A stretch of 64,000 bases of DNA from positions 280,984,001 to 281,048,000 of the forward strand of contig OZ024742.1 in the NCBI GenBank assembly GCA_964016885.1, given 5' to 3'. Positions 38,330-50,924 of this stretch are shown here, piece after piece. Below the pieces are notes generated by a model that searched no databases, had not been told where the DNA came from, and saw only the letters and a list, made by a program, of their open reading frames with translations. Origin of the DNA: Eledone cirrhosa. Taxonomy: Eukaryota. The first letter of the stretch is position 1; each line of letters opens with the position of its first letter. Position numbers and translations under genes: made by a program.

Positions 38330-39800
38330 CACTTCTATTTGCTATTCGATTGATCCAGGTCTCCATGAGTGCATTTGGAAAATCAAAAGAAACTGCCTGA
38401 TCAGGTTCTTGAGGTCTTTGCAGCCCCCACTTCTATCTGATACTCCCATTCAATCATAGCATTCCTCCAAAGTGAGGTTCAAGACCACCTCTCCCAGTAA
38501 AGGGAAATTCTTCCTAATACTTGAAGAAATCCTGCCGTCCATCCATATTTGAATGCGGACCGGCCACCAGCCAAAAATCAACAACTTTGCTATTGCTCAC
38601 ATGCAGGATTAACAACTTACCATCCGAGTCAGGAAGATAATCCGTACCTTGAGATCTAGGCCTTTTCTAAACAGCACCCCGTAGCCAGCCAAATAAGAGA
38701 TGTCAAACACGCATTTAACAGCCTACAGGTCACTCTTACCATGAGGTTTCCACGTCATGCGGAAACTTTTCTCTAATGTTTTTTAGGCACCAAGCGACAT
38801 TCGTACCATCATTATTATTACAAACATTCTGAGTTCAAAACCCGCCGAGGTTAACTTTGCCTTTCATTCTTACGGGGTCGATAAAATAAAGTACCAGTAA
38901 TGCACTGGGTAATTGCTGGCCTTGTGCCTAAAGTAGAAACAATTATTATTACAAACATTCTGAGTTCAAATCCCGCCGAGGTTAACTTTGCCTTTCATTC
39001 TTACGGAGTCGATAAAATAAAGTACCAGTAATGCACTGGGTATTTGCTGGCCTTGTGCCTAAAGTAGAAACAATTATTATTACAAACACAAGGGCGGTGG
39101 ATTGGCAGTATCGGTAGAGGGTCGGACGCCATGCTTTCCAGCATAGTTACGTCCCTTTACGATCTGAGTTCAAATCCCGCCGAGGTTGACTTTGCCTTTC
39201 ATCCTTACGGGATCGATAAAATAAAGTACCAGTAATGCACTGGGATAATTGCTGGCCTTGTGCCAAAAGTAGAAATAATTATAATTACAGACACAAGGGC
39301 GGTGGATTGGCAGTATCGGTAGAGGGATTGACGCCATGCTTTGCAGCAAAGAGTTACGTCCCTTTATTGTCTGAGTTCAAATCGCGTCGAGGTTAACTTT
39401 GCCTTTCATCCTTACAGGGTCGATAAAATAAAGTACCAGTAATACACTGAGATAATGGCTGGCTTTTTGCCCAATGTAGAAACAATTATAATTACAGACA
39501 CTCTAAATGTACTAGGTCCGAAACTCCTCTTCTTTCTCCATCTCCTTACTTCGTTGTATTAAAGCCATCCGCTCTTGATTAACGTTTCCTACTAGCACGG
39601 GGTGCTATTTGCGGTTAATTTTGTGTGTTCGTGTGTTTTCTTTTGGTTGTGGTGGGCTGATATTGTAGTAGTGTAGTTTATTGTGTCGATTTTATGGAAT
39701 GGGTGTTAGTGTGTGGCAAGGAGTGTTGTCTGACCTTTTGTGAGTGTGTTGTCTTTTAGATTTTGTGGGGTTTGTGTGTTTGCTTTTTTTCTTCACTGGG
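38330..39800 (-). mobile_element. Old Tx1 fragment (ORF1 end + APE start) interrupted by a SINE stack
   Basis: The reverse complement matches the 1-4800 element: GTGCTGTTTAG.AAA.G.CT.GATCTC.AGGTA, GTGAGCAATAGC, GGAGTATC.GATAG.AG.GGGG and CGAATGTCGCT, plus the A/C-rich ORF1 region. Confidence 0.72.
38811..39501 (+). mobile_element. Four head-to-tail SINE family A copies (2 truncated, 2 full)
   Basis: Copies start at ~38827, ~38957, ~39092 and ~39297; each is bounded by ATTAT(T/A)ATTACA(A/G)ACA. Confidence 0.9.
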
Positions 39801-39879
39801 ATAAAAAGAGATCCATGTGACTGCTAATGGTTTGTGTGCAAGTATGTCTGCGGCTGTGTGTGTATGCATTTAGATCTGA

Positions 39880-39939
<60 letters not shown>

Positions 39940-40035
39940 AATGAGAGAGAGAAAGAGAGATATGGAGAATGAGAAGAGCTTTATGGATGAAACCCCTTCA
40001 AGATTTTGATGGAATCTGATGTAATTAGAGAATTA

Positions 40036-40106
40036 TCGGAGATCATCTAGTGGTTATGATCCGCGTCGTGACCGCAGTAAAATAATTTCAAATCCGGGTT
40101 ACGACA
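40036..40106 (+). pseudogene. Degenerate tRNA-His relic
   Basis: GATCATCTAGTGGTTATGATCCGCGTCGTGACCGC...TTCAAATCCGGGTTACGACA. Confidence 0.6.
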
Positions 40107-40157
40107 GTTAATCCAATTATTTAATTTTCGAACTCATTGTTATATAATTAACACCGC

Positions 40158-40188
<31 letters not shown>

Positions 40189-41798
40189 AAAAAAAAAGAA
40201 ATGCAACTTGATACAAAAAAATGTCCGGCAATGGCAGCTATAACTACGAAGTCTTTTTTTCTTTTATGTTATATCTTAATCTGCATTATCTATTTTCCCA
40301 AGGTGGCACGAATTACGTAACAATTTCCTCATGCTGTGTCTTCATTTTATTCTAAATTCCATTTAATTTACGACACACATTCTTCTTCTACAACGAAATA
40401 ATTTACATACGTAGGAATTTTACAAATCAATTTCCATTGCAAATAAAAGTAAACAATTAAACAAACACGCCGAAAGAGTAAAGAAGGGAGTGATGCTACT
40501 GTCGTTAGTTATTACGTTTAGGATGTTTCAAAAGGCAATGTATTTTAAACATCTGAATGAAAAACCATTCCCTTAAGTAGTTGCTTAGAAGAGACAAATA
40601 AGTGAGTTCTTAATGAAATTGCTTCTAGATATACATCTCTATTATTTGCATTGTACGATTTGTAAATAAATATCGACAACCACTGTATAATCACAGACAG
40701 ACCAAACTTCTAGTATAGAAAAGATTACTAAATCATTGACAATGTCTATATAAATATATGAGCACAATTGTTAATTAGCATTTCAGATATACACAGAGAG
40801 AAATACATGTACCCACATATGCTTGTATATTTAATTCTCTTTTTACTATCTTCTCTCTTTTTCTCTCATACACTGACACTATTCTCTATAAGTGTTAAAT
40901 ATATATAACTATGCGTGTATGTATGTGAATGTGTAAGCTGGCGTAGAGAATATATATACATATATTGCTATGTACATATATATTTATGTGTATACATACA
41001 GGCCGTATATATATGTGCCTGTGTATGCATGTTTATGTGTGTGTATGTATGTTTATTTGTCTGTATGCTACATTAGATATTAGATATATTTGTTATCTAT
41101 ATAACCTATTAGAAGTATAATATCTATAATGTCTATACTTGATACATATAAAATTACACTAGAGAAAATAGGGTCAACCCATTAACAAGTTCGGCTATGT
41201 TTATCCAGTCTTCGGCGTTGTACTGTGTCCATAAACATGACACTCGCTTCTCAACAGTCTAGTCCAGCTGACTCCATCCAAGTTTATATAAAGAGAAAAG
41301 AAATTTCAACACGCTGCTATGCTAAGCTCTTTTAATTAAAAACTGCCTGGTATCGGCTCTGGTTCTACAATACGCAATTATTTATTTTAAATTTATTATA
41401 TTTATATAAATCAAACTCCATCGTGATTATGAATACGAATGTTTGTTAAGTTATGCTCGAAACCTCAGCGTAATAAAAAGAAAGTCAGTTACATTTCTAA
41501 ATTCTTCAAATTCTTGATGATTTTCAAAATACTTTGAAATTTATTCACAGCGTCATTCATTATGAATATGGTAATAAAAGGAGTAAATCAGCGGGGAACA
41601 TTCTATAAAATAATAACTGTATGGCCTTCTCATCTGTTTAGTACACAGGAACACGACAAAATTGTATAAGCGTTGTAATTGTTTTCATTTAGAATTCATG
41701 GGGGCAATGCTCTAAAATGGCGTAGTCTATCTGTTTCTCTTTCTCTCTATGCCCGCCGTCTCTTTCTTTATTTATTTCTGTATGTATGTATGTATGTA

Positions 41799-41871
<73 letters not shown>

Positions 41872-41892
41872 ATATATATATATGTATATGAG

Positions 41893-41938
<46 letters not shown>

Positions 41939-43027
41939 TGTGTGTGTGTGTGTCTGTATACATACATCGATTATATTTCTCATTAAATATCTCCATGCAA
42001 TTATACAAGAAGTATAGACGGCATAAAAAGGATATATATCAATTGAGAAACTACTAATATTTTGTACATATATACATAATAATTAATATGCACATAAATA
42101 TAATCACTTAGCAAGGTATGTCTATAGAAACCGAAGAAAAGACACAACACATCGACTTTAGTAATTAGTATCAATCATAAATTATCAATTTTTGTAATAA
42201 GCATCTTAACACAAATATTTCTTTAATCAGAACGGTTAGGTCATTTATACACATATATGTCATACTGCGAAAAATTGTTAATCAAATGCCCATTAACCCT
42301 TTAGTATTTACATTACTCTATATTTACTATTGTATTTTCATAGTAAAAGCTTTATCTTACATAATTATCCCACATAATATCGAATCTATGAGATTTTGAT
42401 ATTATTTAATTTGAGAACAATACCTTAACATCAGTATGAGTGTCCAGTTATGGTTTGAAGAGAAAAAGGTGAGAGAATTCTGGCCGGATATGACCGGTTT
42501 AAATGCTAAAGGATTAATAATTGATGATTATTGGTGATTATCTTCGGTTCCAAGAAACAGATCTGTCTAAGGATCTATAATTTATATTACCACCTTGAAG
42601 TGGTTATGTTTAATTTACATATTTCTTGTTCCGTATATATGTACAACATACTAGTAGTTTCTCAATTGATATATATATCCATTTACATATCGCTTAAACA
42701 CTCACAATCCACAATCAAACTTTCTTACAATTTGGTGAAGACTCCAAATAAATATTACTAATTCTCTTCGACGATCTAAGGGTTATGTACATGAATAAAT
42801 ATACTACAAAATGATTCGATGGAATATTTTACTGCATGCGAGAACATCATGAATATATTTTTATTATTTGTTGCTGTTGTTTAAATCCGTGATGTACATA
42901 GATATGTATGAAGTTCATTTTGTCTATCTAAATAAATTGTTATGAGTTTGATTAATGGAAAGGGTAACGGGAGAGACACAAGCAGCAGCAGCAGCAACAG
43001 CAGTATTATTATTATTATTATTATTAT

Positions 43028-43072
<45 letters not shown>

Positions 43073-43440
43073 CAGTAGTAGTAGTAGTAGGAATAATTTG
43101 TAATAGTTTTATTTACATCATTATCGAATCGTTATTTTGACCTTGATTTATCGTACATCATTATTGAACCATAAAAAAAGAAACATATATTACAGAATGT
43201 ATTAAAAAACATCACCGAAAGAAAAGCAGAAAGTACTAGAATCAATAGATTAATGATTATAACGTCTTTATTATATTACAAAACAAAAACATGGATGCTG
43301 GAATAGAAATTGTTTCAAAATCCAATATATGGGAACTTATTTTATTGCTACCGTAAATAGTTATGTATCAGTCACGTAAGTATGAGTGCGTCTGGGGATT
43401 TCACCCTTCATCTATGCTCCTGTCTCTCTCTCTCTCTCTC

Positions 43441-43514
<74 letters not shown>

Positions 43515-44139
43515 CTCTCTATGTATATACATATATATATATATATATTGTTATATGTATATATATATATATTGTCATATTGCCAGAATTAATAACAGAA
43601 CACACTCACTGTTTGGTTGGTTTTCGCTTCTGTATCTTTGATATCGGTTAATTTAATTTATTCGGTCCTCAATGTTACCATTGACTGACCAACGGTCAAA
43701 AATACAGATACAATATAGACACAAACACATATCTGTAGTTTAACAAAGTTCTTTCGTTGCACATCTGCAAAATCGTCAGTGGTGCTATTATGTTTCCTCC
43801 CGTTGCATTGGATGCTTACGCCATCTTTATTTAGTCTGTTTATTTATTTGTTTATTTGTTTGTCTTCTCTGCGCATGCGTTTGCGTGTGTGTATAGTGTT
43901 TTGTTTGATGTGTTCGTGTTTGGGTGACTGTGTATTGGTTATTGTATTCTATCTGGGTTTGCTAGTGTGTGTTTATATGTGTTTGTTGTTATTGTGCTTG
44001 TGTATGTATTTATTTTTTTATTATATATATATATTCCTAATGAAACTGCAGTAGGGACATTAATGTAAGTAAATATTTTTTCTTAACTTGTTTCCTTTTT
44101 CCATATTTGATATTATATACATAAACATATATATATATT

Positions 44140-44174
<35 letters not shown>

Positions 44175-44177
44175 TAT

Positions 44178-44253
44178 TACCCACTCTACTACCCTAAGTA
44201 TTGAGTACTCTGGTGTGTTGTGGTTCACCTGCTTCCTTACCACACTTCCTTCG

Positions 44254-44255
<2 letters not shown>
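44178..44255 (+). repeat. ~80-bp dispersed repeat between (TA)n tracts (second copy at 50781, inverted)
   Basis: ACCCACTCTACTACCCTAAGTATTGAGTACTCTGGTG is shared with the reverse complement of 50781-50857. Confidence 0.8.
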
Positions 44256-44303
<48 letters not shown>

Positions 44304-44309
44304 GGCCCA

Positions 44310-45480
44310 AACAGAATCTCCACAGGTCTAAGCCACAGACGATCATTGCGGACGCCGTGATTTGGTCATTATTCTACCCTCAGCTCCATTGTGAATATTT
44401 GCCGACATACGCTCAAACAATTCAGCTTCTAAAAGCGTTCTCGTCGCACCAATTTCATTTATGCCGAACCCACCACTCTGCGTAACTAATGCCGCCTGGA
44501 TTAAATTGCCATTAAACCCACCGATAAAGCTGATACCGTGGTATTATGAGGCGCAGGACTAGTTTCTCACCAGCTTAACAACACCCAACCATACCTCCCT
44601 TTATCTTCTGACCACACCCCAGTCTACCAACAGCTCAATTCAATTCCTCTCCCACTAATCTTATAACAAGCACACCCGCACGCTCACCATCTATTTCCTC
44701 CCAATGTTACATAAACCCTATGATCCCGGGCGTCCTATTGTTTCTGCTTGCAACTGCCCTACTGAATACATTTCTCAATGCCTCCTCTATTCACGACATT
44801 AATCAAGATTTTCGATTGTCCAACTCCATCTACTCTTCATTTGCCTCTCGCCTTCTCTCCACCCTGGACATCAACTCTCTCTATACCGCCATCACCCTCC
44901 CCCAATAAGGGCCTCCACTCTCTCCGTGCATACAAACTTAGCACTTCTCCTCTTCTCTGTTTTGCTGAAATCATTCTCATCCTGAATGTTATTTTTTACC
45001 TTTTTCAGAGAGTTTCACCAAGAGGTCTCTGGGGTAGCCATGGGAACCAGGATGGATCCGAATTACCCCAACTTACTCATTGGCTACATTAAATCCCTGC
45101 TCTTCTTTTAATACACTCTATCCAACTCTGAACTCTACTCTCATCATATCGAAGATAGTATCGGCGGAACCACTCTCTCCCGTGAACAGTTCGTCTCCTT
45201 TCTTTCCTTCGTCCAGTTATTATCTCCTCCTCTCATCTTCTTCACTTCTGCCTCAGACGCTTCCGTCCAAATGTTTAACATCTCTGTCCCCGCCCCCCTC
45301 TCTCTCTCGACCACACCCTCTCTAACTTCATTTATATAAACCCACTAATTCCCACTCCTACCTCATTTTCATTTCGGACTTTGCTCACTCAAGTCTATCT
45401 TTCTACTTTAATTTATCATTCTACTTTCTGGTGAAGGACTAACATCTGGAACGTTAAATCCCTATTCCGACTACACTAAG
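44310..45480 (+). mobile_element. Decayed Penelope-like element (RT fragment plus terminal repeat with degenerate hammerhead)
   Basis: Manual translation across frameshifts gives IAIKPTDKA, LPMLHKPYDPGRPIVSACNCPTE, LDINSLYTAI, SGVAMGTRM.PNY.NL and KPTNSHSYL. Hammerhead-like motif at 45428-45456. Confidence 0.8.
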
Positions 45481-45550
45481 CGTAAAATAGATATATTTTT
45501 TCCGTGTACTATATCATTTTCTTTGTTAATCCTGTTTATCTTTTTTTATG

Positions 45551-45593
<43 letters not shown>

Positions 45594-45609
45594 ACACACA
45601 CACACACCA

Positions 45610-45677
<68 letters not shown>

Positions 45678-45802
45678 CCTTCCCATTTATTATTAGTATT
45701 ATATATATACATATATATATATATATATTTATATATAGGAAGAGTCAGGACCCCGATGTTGAGCTCCGGCCTTTTCAACAGCTATATATATATATCGACA
45801 GT

Positions 45803-45940
45803 CGATCGACTTTCGTCAAATCGGACCGAGGAAACAATGTTTCCATTGGTCTTTCCAATTGCTAATACTATCTATCGGTCGCAACTCCAGGTAGAAGGAG
45901 CAACGTGAAATAAAGTGTCTTGCTCAAGGACATAACGCAT
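45803..45940 (-). mobile_element. SINE family B fragment between (TA)n tracts
   Basis: Near-identical to 50539..50676; contains GTCCTTGAGCAAGACACTTTATTTCAC on the minus strand. Confidence 0.75.
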
Positions 45941-46482
45941 ATATATATATATATATCATAAATTATGTCCATAGAATCATTTGATAAAATATATACACTA
46001 TTTCCTCTCCCAATTAGCATAATTAACCACATGAAAAATCAATTAGACCAGGCTATAAGAATAAAGGCTCCTATGAAGAAATATTTGATAAATAAACGAC
46101 AGCAGCCTCTTCGGAGCCGACCGCAATAGAATATTTACCCAACATTTCAACAGCACGTAGAAATCGACTAAATATACCGTCAACCACACACAATTAGGTA
46201 TAAATTTAAAGTTAGAAGAAATGCGTACATTCTTACCGTGATTATGTCCCTACCCTGGGTTCGCGTTTCGAGATATCCTATTAAGGATAAATCTCGAGTA
46301 TCGAACTCCTCAGGAGACAAACTCATAGGACAGTTAATTTTCCAAAGCGATCCCCGCCAGAAATAGATTAAAAAATGGCGAAGAATCGTGACGTGGCAGT
46401 GGTCAAGTTAGAAAGAATGTGAATAGTTGCTTACGGCGAGTGGGCTGGTTGCTAGAAAGCGCAGCCCAATATTGCCCGTATA

Positions 46483-46550
46483 TCACCGTATCCTAAAACT
46501 CACATTCTGATATATATATATATCAGAATGTGAGTTTTAGGATACGGTGA
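46483..46550. repeat. Perfect 68-bp palindrome centred on (TA)n
   Basis: TCACCGTATCCTAAAACTCACATTCTGA-(TA)n-TCAGAATGTGAGTTTTAGGATACGGTGA. Confidence 0.95.
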
Positions 46551-47269
46551 CAACTAAAGAAATGTAAAATAGAAATATAAGCTCTCACCGTGTTTGGACT
46601 ACAAAATATAATCTAATAACAAGACATATATGCCATTTGTTCATTATGTGGGCGTATATGCTTTGTTATTAAACTATTTTTTTTTTCGGCACAATGCGGT
46701 GAAAGCACATAATTCTATTTTCAACGTATGTATGTATTCATCTATGTATTATGTAATGTATGTATGTATGTATGTATGTATGTATGTATGTATGTATGTG
46801 CCTACGTATTTTATATGTATGTATGGTGGTATGTATGCATGTATGTACGTATGTATGCATTTCTGTGTGTACTTTTGTGTTTGAGTTTACATTTACTTAA
46901 CGGTTCAAACAACATAGATCGGTAAAATAAGTACTAGATTTAAACATAAAATAAGTTTCGGAGTTGATATAATCGACAAAATACTTTCAGTGAAGTGATT
47001 CAGCTTAGCCGCAATCTAAAGACTGCAACTAGCAAATGTATAAAAGAAAAATCTAACATTCTACAAGCTGGTCTTCTTTCTTTATTGTTAATAAATTGAC
47101 AGCGCCTCAGAAAATACAGATGATACCGATTGAAAGTTTATGTATCTCTTCATTTCTAAATAGACTTTCAGCTCTGAAGAAGATATTATGTAACCAAAAT
47201 ATAATAATTTTATAAGCAACTGGTAAGTTAGTGTAATTTTCTTTACGTCTACAAGTCAATTTATAACTT

Positions 47270-47696
47270 ATGGCTGAAATAAACTGGAGTTCTTCTCACC
47301 GAAGATCTGAAGAGAAATTCATCCTCAAAAGGTGGAGAGAATACTTTGCTGATCTCCTTAAATCTGATCATAACATTTCTTGATGTTCATGAAGTGCATC
47401 TAGGCGCGAAGACTTTCCTCTGAGAGGCTGGGGTTAAAATAGCAATTAAAGCTCTCAGATCTGGTAAGAGTTCTTAGGAGGATCAAATTCAGCCCAAGTT
47501 TTGAAAAGAAGGTATCCTCTCACTGTTTCATGTGTGCCTGATGACTTGGATCTCTGGAAAGTGACCAATGTATACGCAATCGGGGGTAATAATCCCAATA
47601 AGCAAACTCTGAAACAAGAGATTGCTCCAATTATACAGGAATCCCCTTGCTAAGCCACCCTTGTAAAATCCGTTCCAAGTGTCTGCCAAAGAGATT

Positions 47697-47697
<1 letters not shown>
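47270..47697 (+). mobile_element. Decayed RTE-clade LINE RT fragment
   Basis: Manual translation gives ILKRWREYFADLL, IAIKALRSGKS, GVIIPI and DCSNYTGIPLLSHPCKI. Confidence 0.72.
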
Positions 47698-47749
<52 letters not shown>

Positions 47750-47751
<2 letters not shown>

Positions 47752-50061
47752 CCTTACGAATTATATCTAGCTATGCCGGACTTGTTCCCCGATCTCCTCG
47801 AGGCGGTCTACTGCAACTGGCAACAGAACGGGAGAATTCCCTGTACTGTGACCAAGGGCGTAGTCACGCTAGTGAGGAAGGACGAGAACAAGGGGGACGA
47901 AATAAGTAACTTCAGGCCCATAACACTGCTAAATACAGAGTTACAGATTTTGGCCAAGGTGCTAGCAAAGAGGTTGGCGCTTGTCGTGGGCAACCTGGTG
48001 GGAGATGCGCAGACATGCGCTATCCCGTCCAGGTCCATCCATGACAACCTCCACCTCATGCGATACATCATAGAGAGGGTTGGGAACGAACCCGGCTTTG
48101 GTGGGGCTCTGATCAACTTGGATCAATCTAAGGCGTTCGATAGGGTCGACCATGGTTACCTGGATGCGGTGCTAGCGGCGGCAGGCTTCGGACCCGTTTT
48201 CAGGGGCTGGATCACTGCTATGCACAGCAGCCGCATCTGCTCTAGGGTCAAGGTGAACGGCTACCTCTCGGAGCCGTTCAAAATCGCGCGGTCCATCCGA
48301 CAAGGGTGCCCTCTCTCCTCCCTTCTGTATGTGTTGACTCTCGAGCCACTACTGCGGAAGTTGGAGTTGTTGCAGGGCATCCCTTTGGAACCGGGATTGC
48401 GGAAAGCGGTGTCGGCCTACGCCGATGACGTGACAGTAATGGTGTCGACGGCCTCCGAAATCGAGGCGGTCGGCACCTTACTGGAGGAGTACGAAAAGTT
48501 CACAGGGGCTAAGCTGAACCGGGACAAGTCGATCGGTTTGCAACTCGGCACGTGGAGGGGCAGACCGATGCCCTCCGATGGCGTCGTCGGACGCTGGACG
48601 GAGGGCCCGGTGAAGTTGCTCGGGGTCTGGTTCGGACCGGACCTCCAGGTGGAGAAAAACTGGGCGGAGGTTACGAACAGGGTGTTTGCACTGACCCAGA
48701 AGTGGGCAGTTGCAAACTATCCCTGAAAGGTCGGGCGGAGGTGGCGAACACCTACATAGCGTCCGTCATCTACTACCGCCTGACCGTAGTGCCCTGCCCA
48801 AGGGAAACCCTCACCAAGATGGAGCGCGCGCTCTTCCAATTCCTTTGGAAGAGGCGGGCTCCTATGGTGAGGAGATCCATCTGCTGTCAACACCCTTCGA
48901 AAGGAGGGCTGGGGATGCCGTGGCTAATGATGCGTAAACACGCATTAAGGCTACGGCACCTCTACGTATTCCTCACCGGACAACCGGTGTGGGCCTCGTT
49001 TGTGAGACGAACCTTTCCCAGACTCGTCTCACTCACCGAGCTGCAATCCTGGGTCAAGCAAAGACCGAGAAAACTGGGCGCCTGGCACACTGAGTGTGCC
49101 CAGGCGCTCACCGCCCTCTGGCAGGCGGATCCGGTTGTCAGTGGAGACTCCACCGCAACATTCTATAGAGGGCTGGTACGCAGCAGGTGCGACGACGCCC
49201 TCGGAGAAGCCCTAGACATGGAGGAGGACGAACTGGCCAGCCTGTTCGGTAGGACATTCAGCCCGGGACCTATGGACAACTTCCAGAAGTCCCTGGCCTG
49301 GCAGTGCTACCGAGGGGCTTTACCCGTTCGAGAAAGGCTCTACAGACACGGGCGCCCGGGTAGGGACCCCGCCAAAAAGATATGTCCCAGATGCGTGTGC
49401 GACGAGGAAACCGTTGCACACGCATTAGTACACTGCTCGGGCGTAGCCGATCTGTGGGGCTATGTCGAACAACTGCTGTCAAGGGTGGGACCGATCCGGT
49501 TGACCACCGAGTCTATTGTAATGATTAAGCCGCCTCCCCCCTTCAAAGATGAAGCAGAGGCGGTGTTTCTGTGCGTAATAGCCATGGCGAAAGAGGTTGT
49601 ATGGTGGACGCGTCTGAAAGGACTGAGGTCGGGCACCTTTCTCTCTGGCCAACAACTGGTCCGTTTCTTCCGATATCATTTCGGAAGAAGGATCAGGATG
49701 GAGAGAGAGGTGCTGCACCCCAGCCGTTTCTATGAAAGATGGGTGAAAGTGGCGAGAATGGCCCGTGTGAATGGGCATTCACTCTACATCAGACTATAGG
49801 TGAGGAAGATGAAAGACCAAGGGAGCACCCCTTCTCTGTGCTCCTGAGGAGAAGGGTTGCACACTTTTTTCGGGGGTGTGTGCGACCCCCCAAGGCGCCT
49901 CCTCTCTATTGAGGATTTTGTTAAAAATTTTATTTTTTGTCATATCTTATTTTATTTTTATATTTTGTTATTGCCTCCTCCTTATTGAGGACGCCTTTTT
50001 GTGTAAACTCCCCCCTTTGTACTTGTCCCACTTTTGATGCCCTAGTGGCAAATAAAAGAAA
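47750..50061 (+). mobile_element. 5'-truncated Tx1 retrotransposon inserted in (TATC)n
   Basis: RT (LPYELY...YADD) to zinc finger (CPRC..ETVAHALVHC), one frameshift near 48710, stop at 49799. Ends GTGGCAAATAAAAGAAAT; (TATC)n abuts both ends. Confidence 0.92.
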
Positions 50062-50063
50062 TA

Positions 50064-50099
<36 letters not shown>

Positions 50100-50496
50100 A
50101 ATCTATTTATCAATCTATTTATCGACATGTCTGAATGTCTGTTTATCTATTCATCTATTTGTCTTTTTGTCAGTACGGCTGTTTATCTGCCTATCTATCT
50201 TCGGACTGCTATTAAGATTTGGGCTTTGTTGCTATTGTGGTATTTACACTAAGTTAGTTACGTTCGTAAACATACATATGAAGATAAGTATAGAATTATA
50301 GTCAGACAGACATATACACAAGTAGACAGTCGGATATATGCAGGGAGTTAGGTAAATAACTTCACATAAATAGACTGATAGATAGGTAGGGAGACACATA
50401 CACACACACATACATACACACATACACACACACACACACATACACACAGACACACATACACACACACGCGCGCACATACACACACTCACTCACACG

Positions 50497-50528
<32 letters not shown>

Positions 50529-50538
50529 ATATAAGGAA

Positions 50539-50700
50539 CGATCGACTTTCGTCAAATCGGACCGAGGAAACAATGTTTCCGTTGGTCTTTCCAATTGCTA
50601 ATACTATCTATCGGTCGCAACTCCAGGTAGAAGGAGCAACGTGAAATAAAGTGTCTTGCTCAAGGACATAACGCATCGCCTGGTCCAGGAAACGAGGCGA
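50539..50700 (-). mobile_element. SINE family B fragment between (TA)n tracts
   Basis: Near-identical to the 45803 copy, about 20 bp longer. Confidence 0.75.
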
Positions 50701-50720
50701 TATATATATATATATATGTA

Positions 50721-50780
<60 letters not shown>

Positions 50781-50782
<2 letters not shown>

Positions 50783-50924
50783 CGAAGGAGTTGTGGTAAG
50801 GAACCAGATGGACCATAACGCACCAGAGTACTCAATACTTAGGGTAGTAGAGTGGGTTGTATGACGCCCGACGGCAGAGCTCAAGCCGTTTCGACGGCTA
50901 ATTCTGGACATGTCCAGAAATAGC
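50781..50924 (-). ncRNA. Short repeat carrying the 3' half of a hammerhead ribozyme
   Basis: Minus strand: long stem II remnant (GCTA..TTCTGGACATGTCCAGAA..TAGC), then GAAAC-GGC-loop-GCC-GTC. The CUGANGA half is not seen. Confidence 0.5.

Noticed and set aside
47647-48726. 359-aa ORF as a single gene
   Set aside because: It is a chance in-frame chimera of an RTE relic (LLSHPCKI), the (TATC)n tract (YLSI repeats) and the Tx1 RT.
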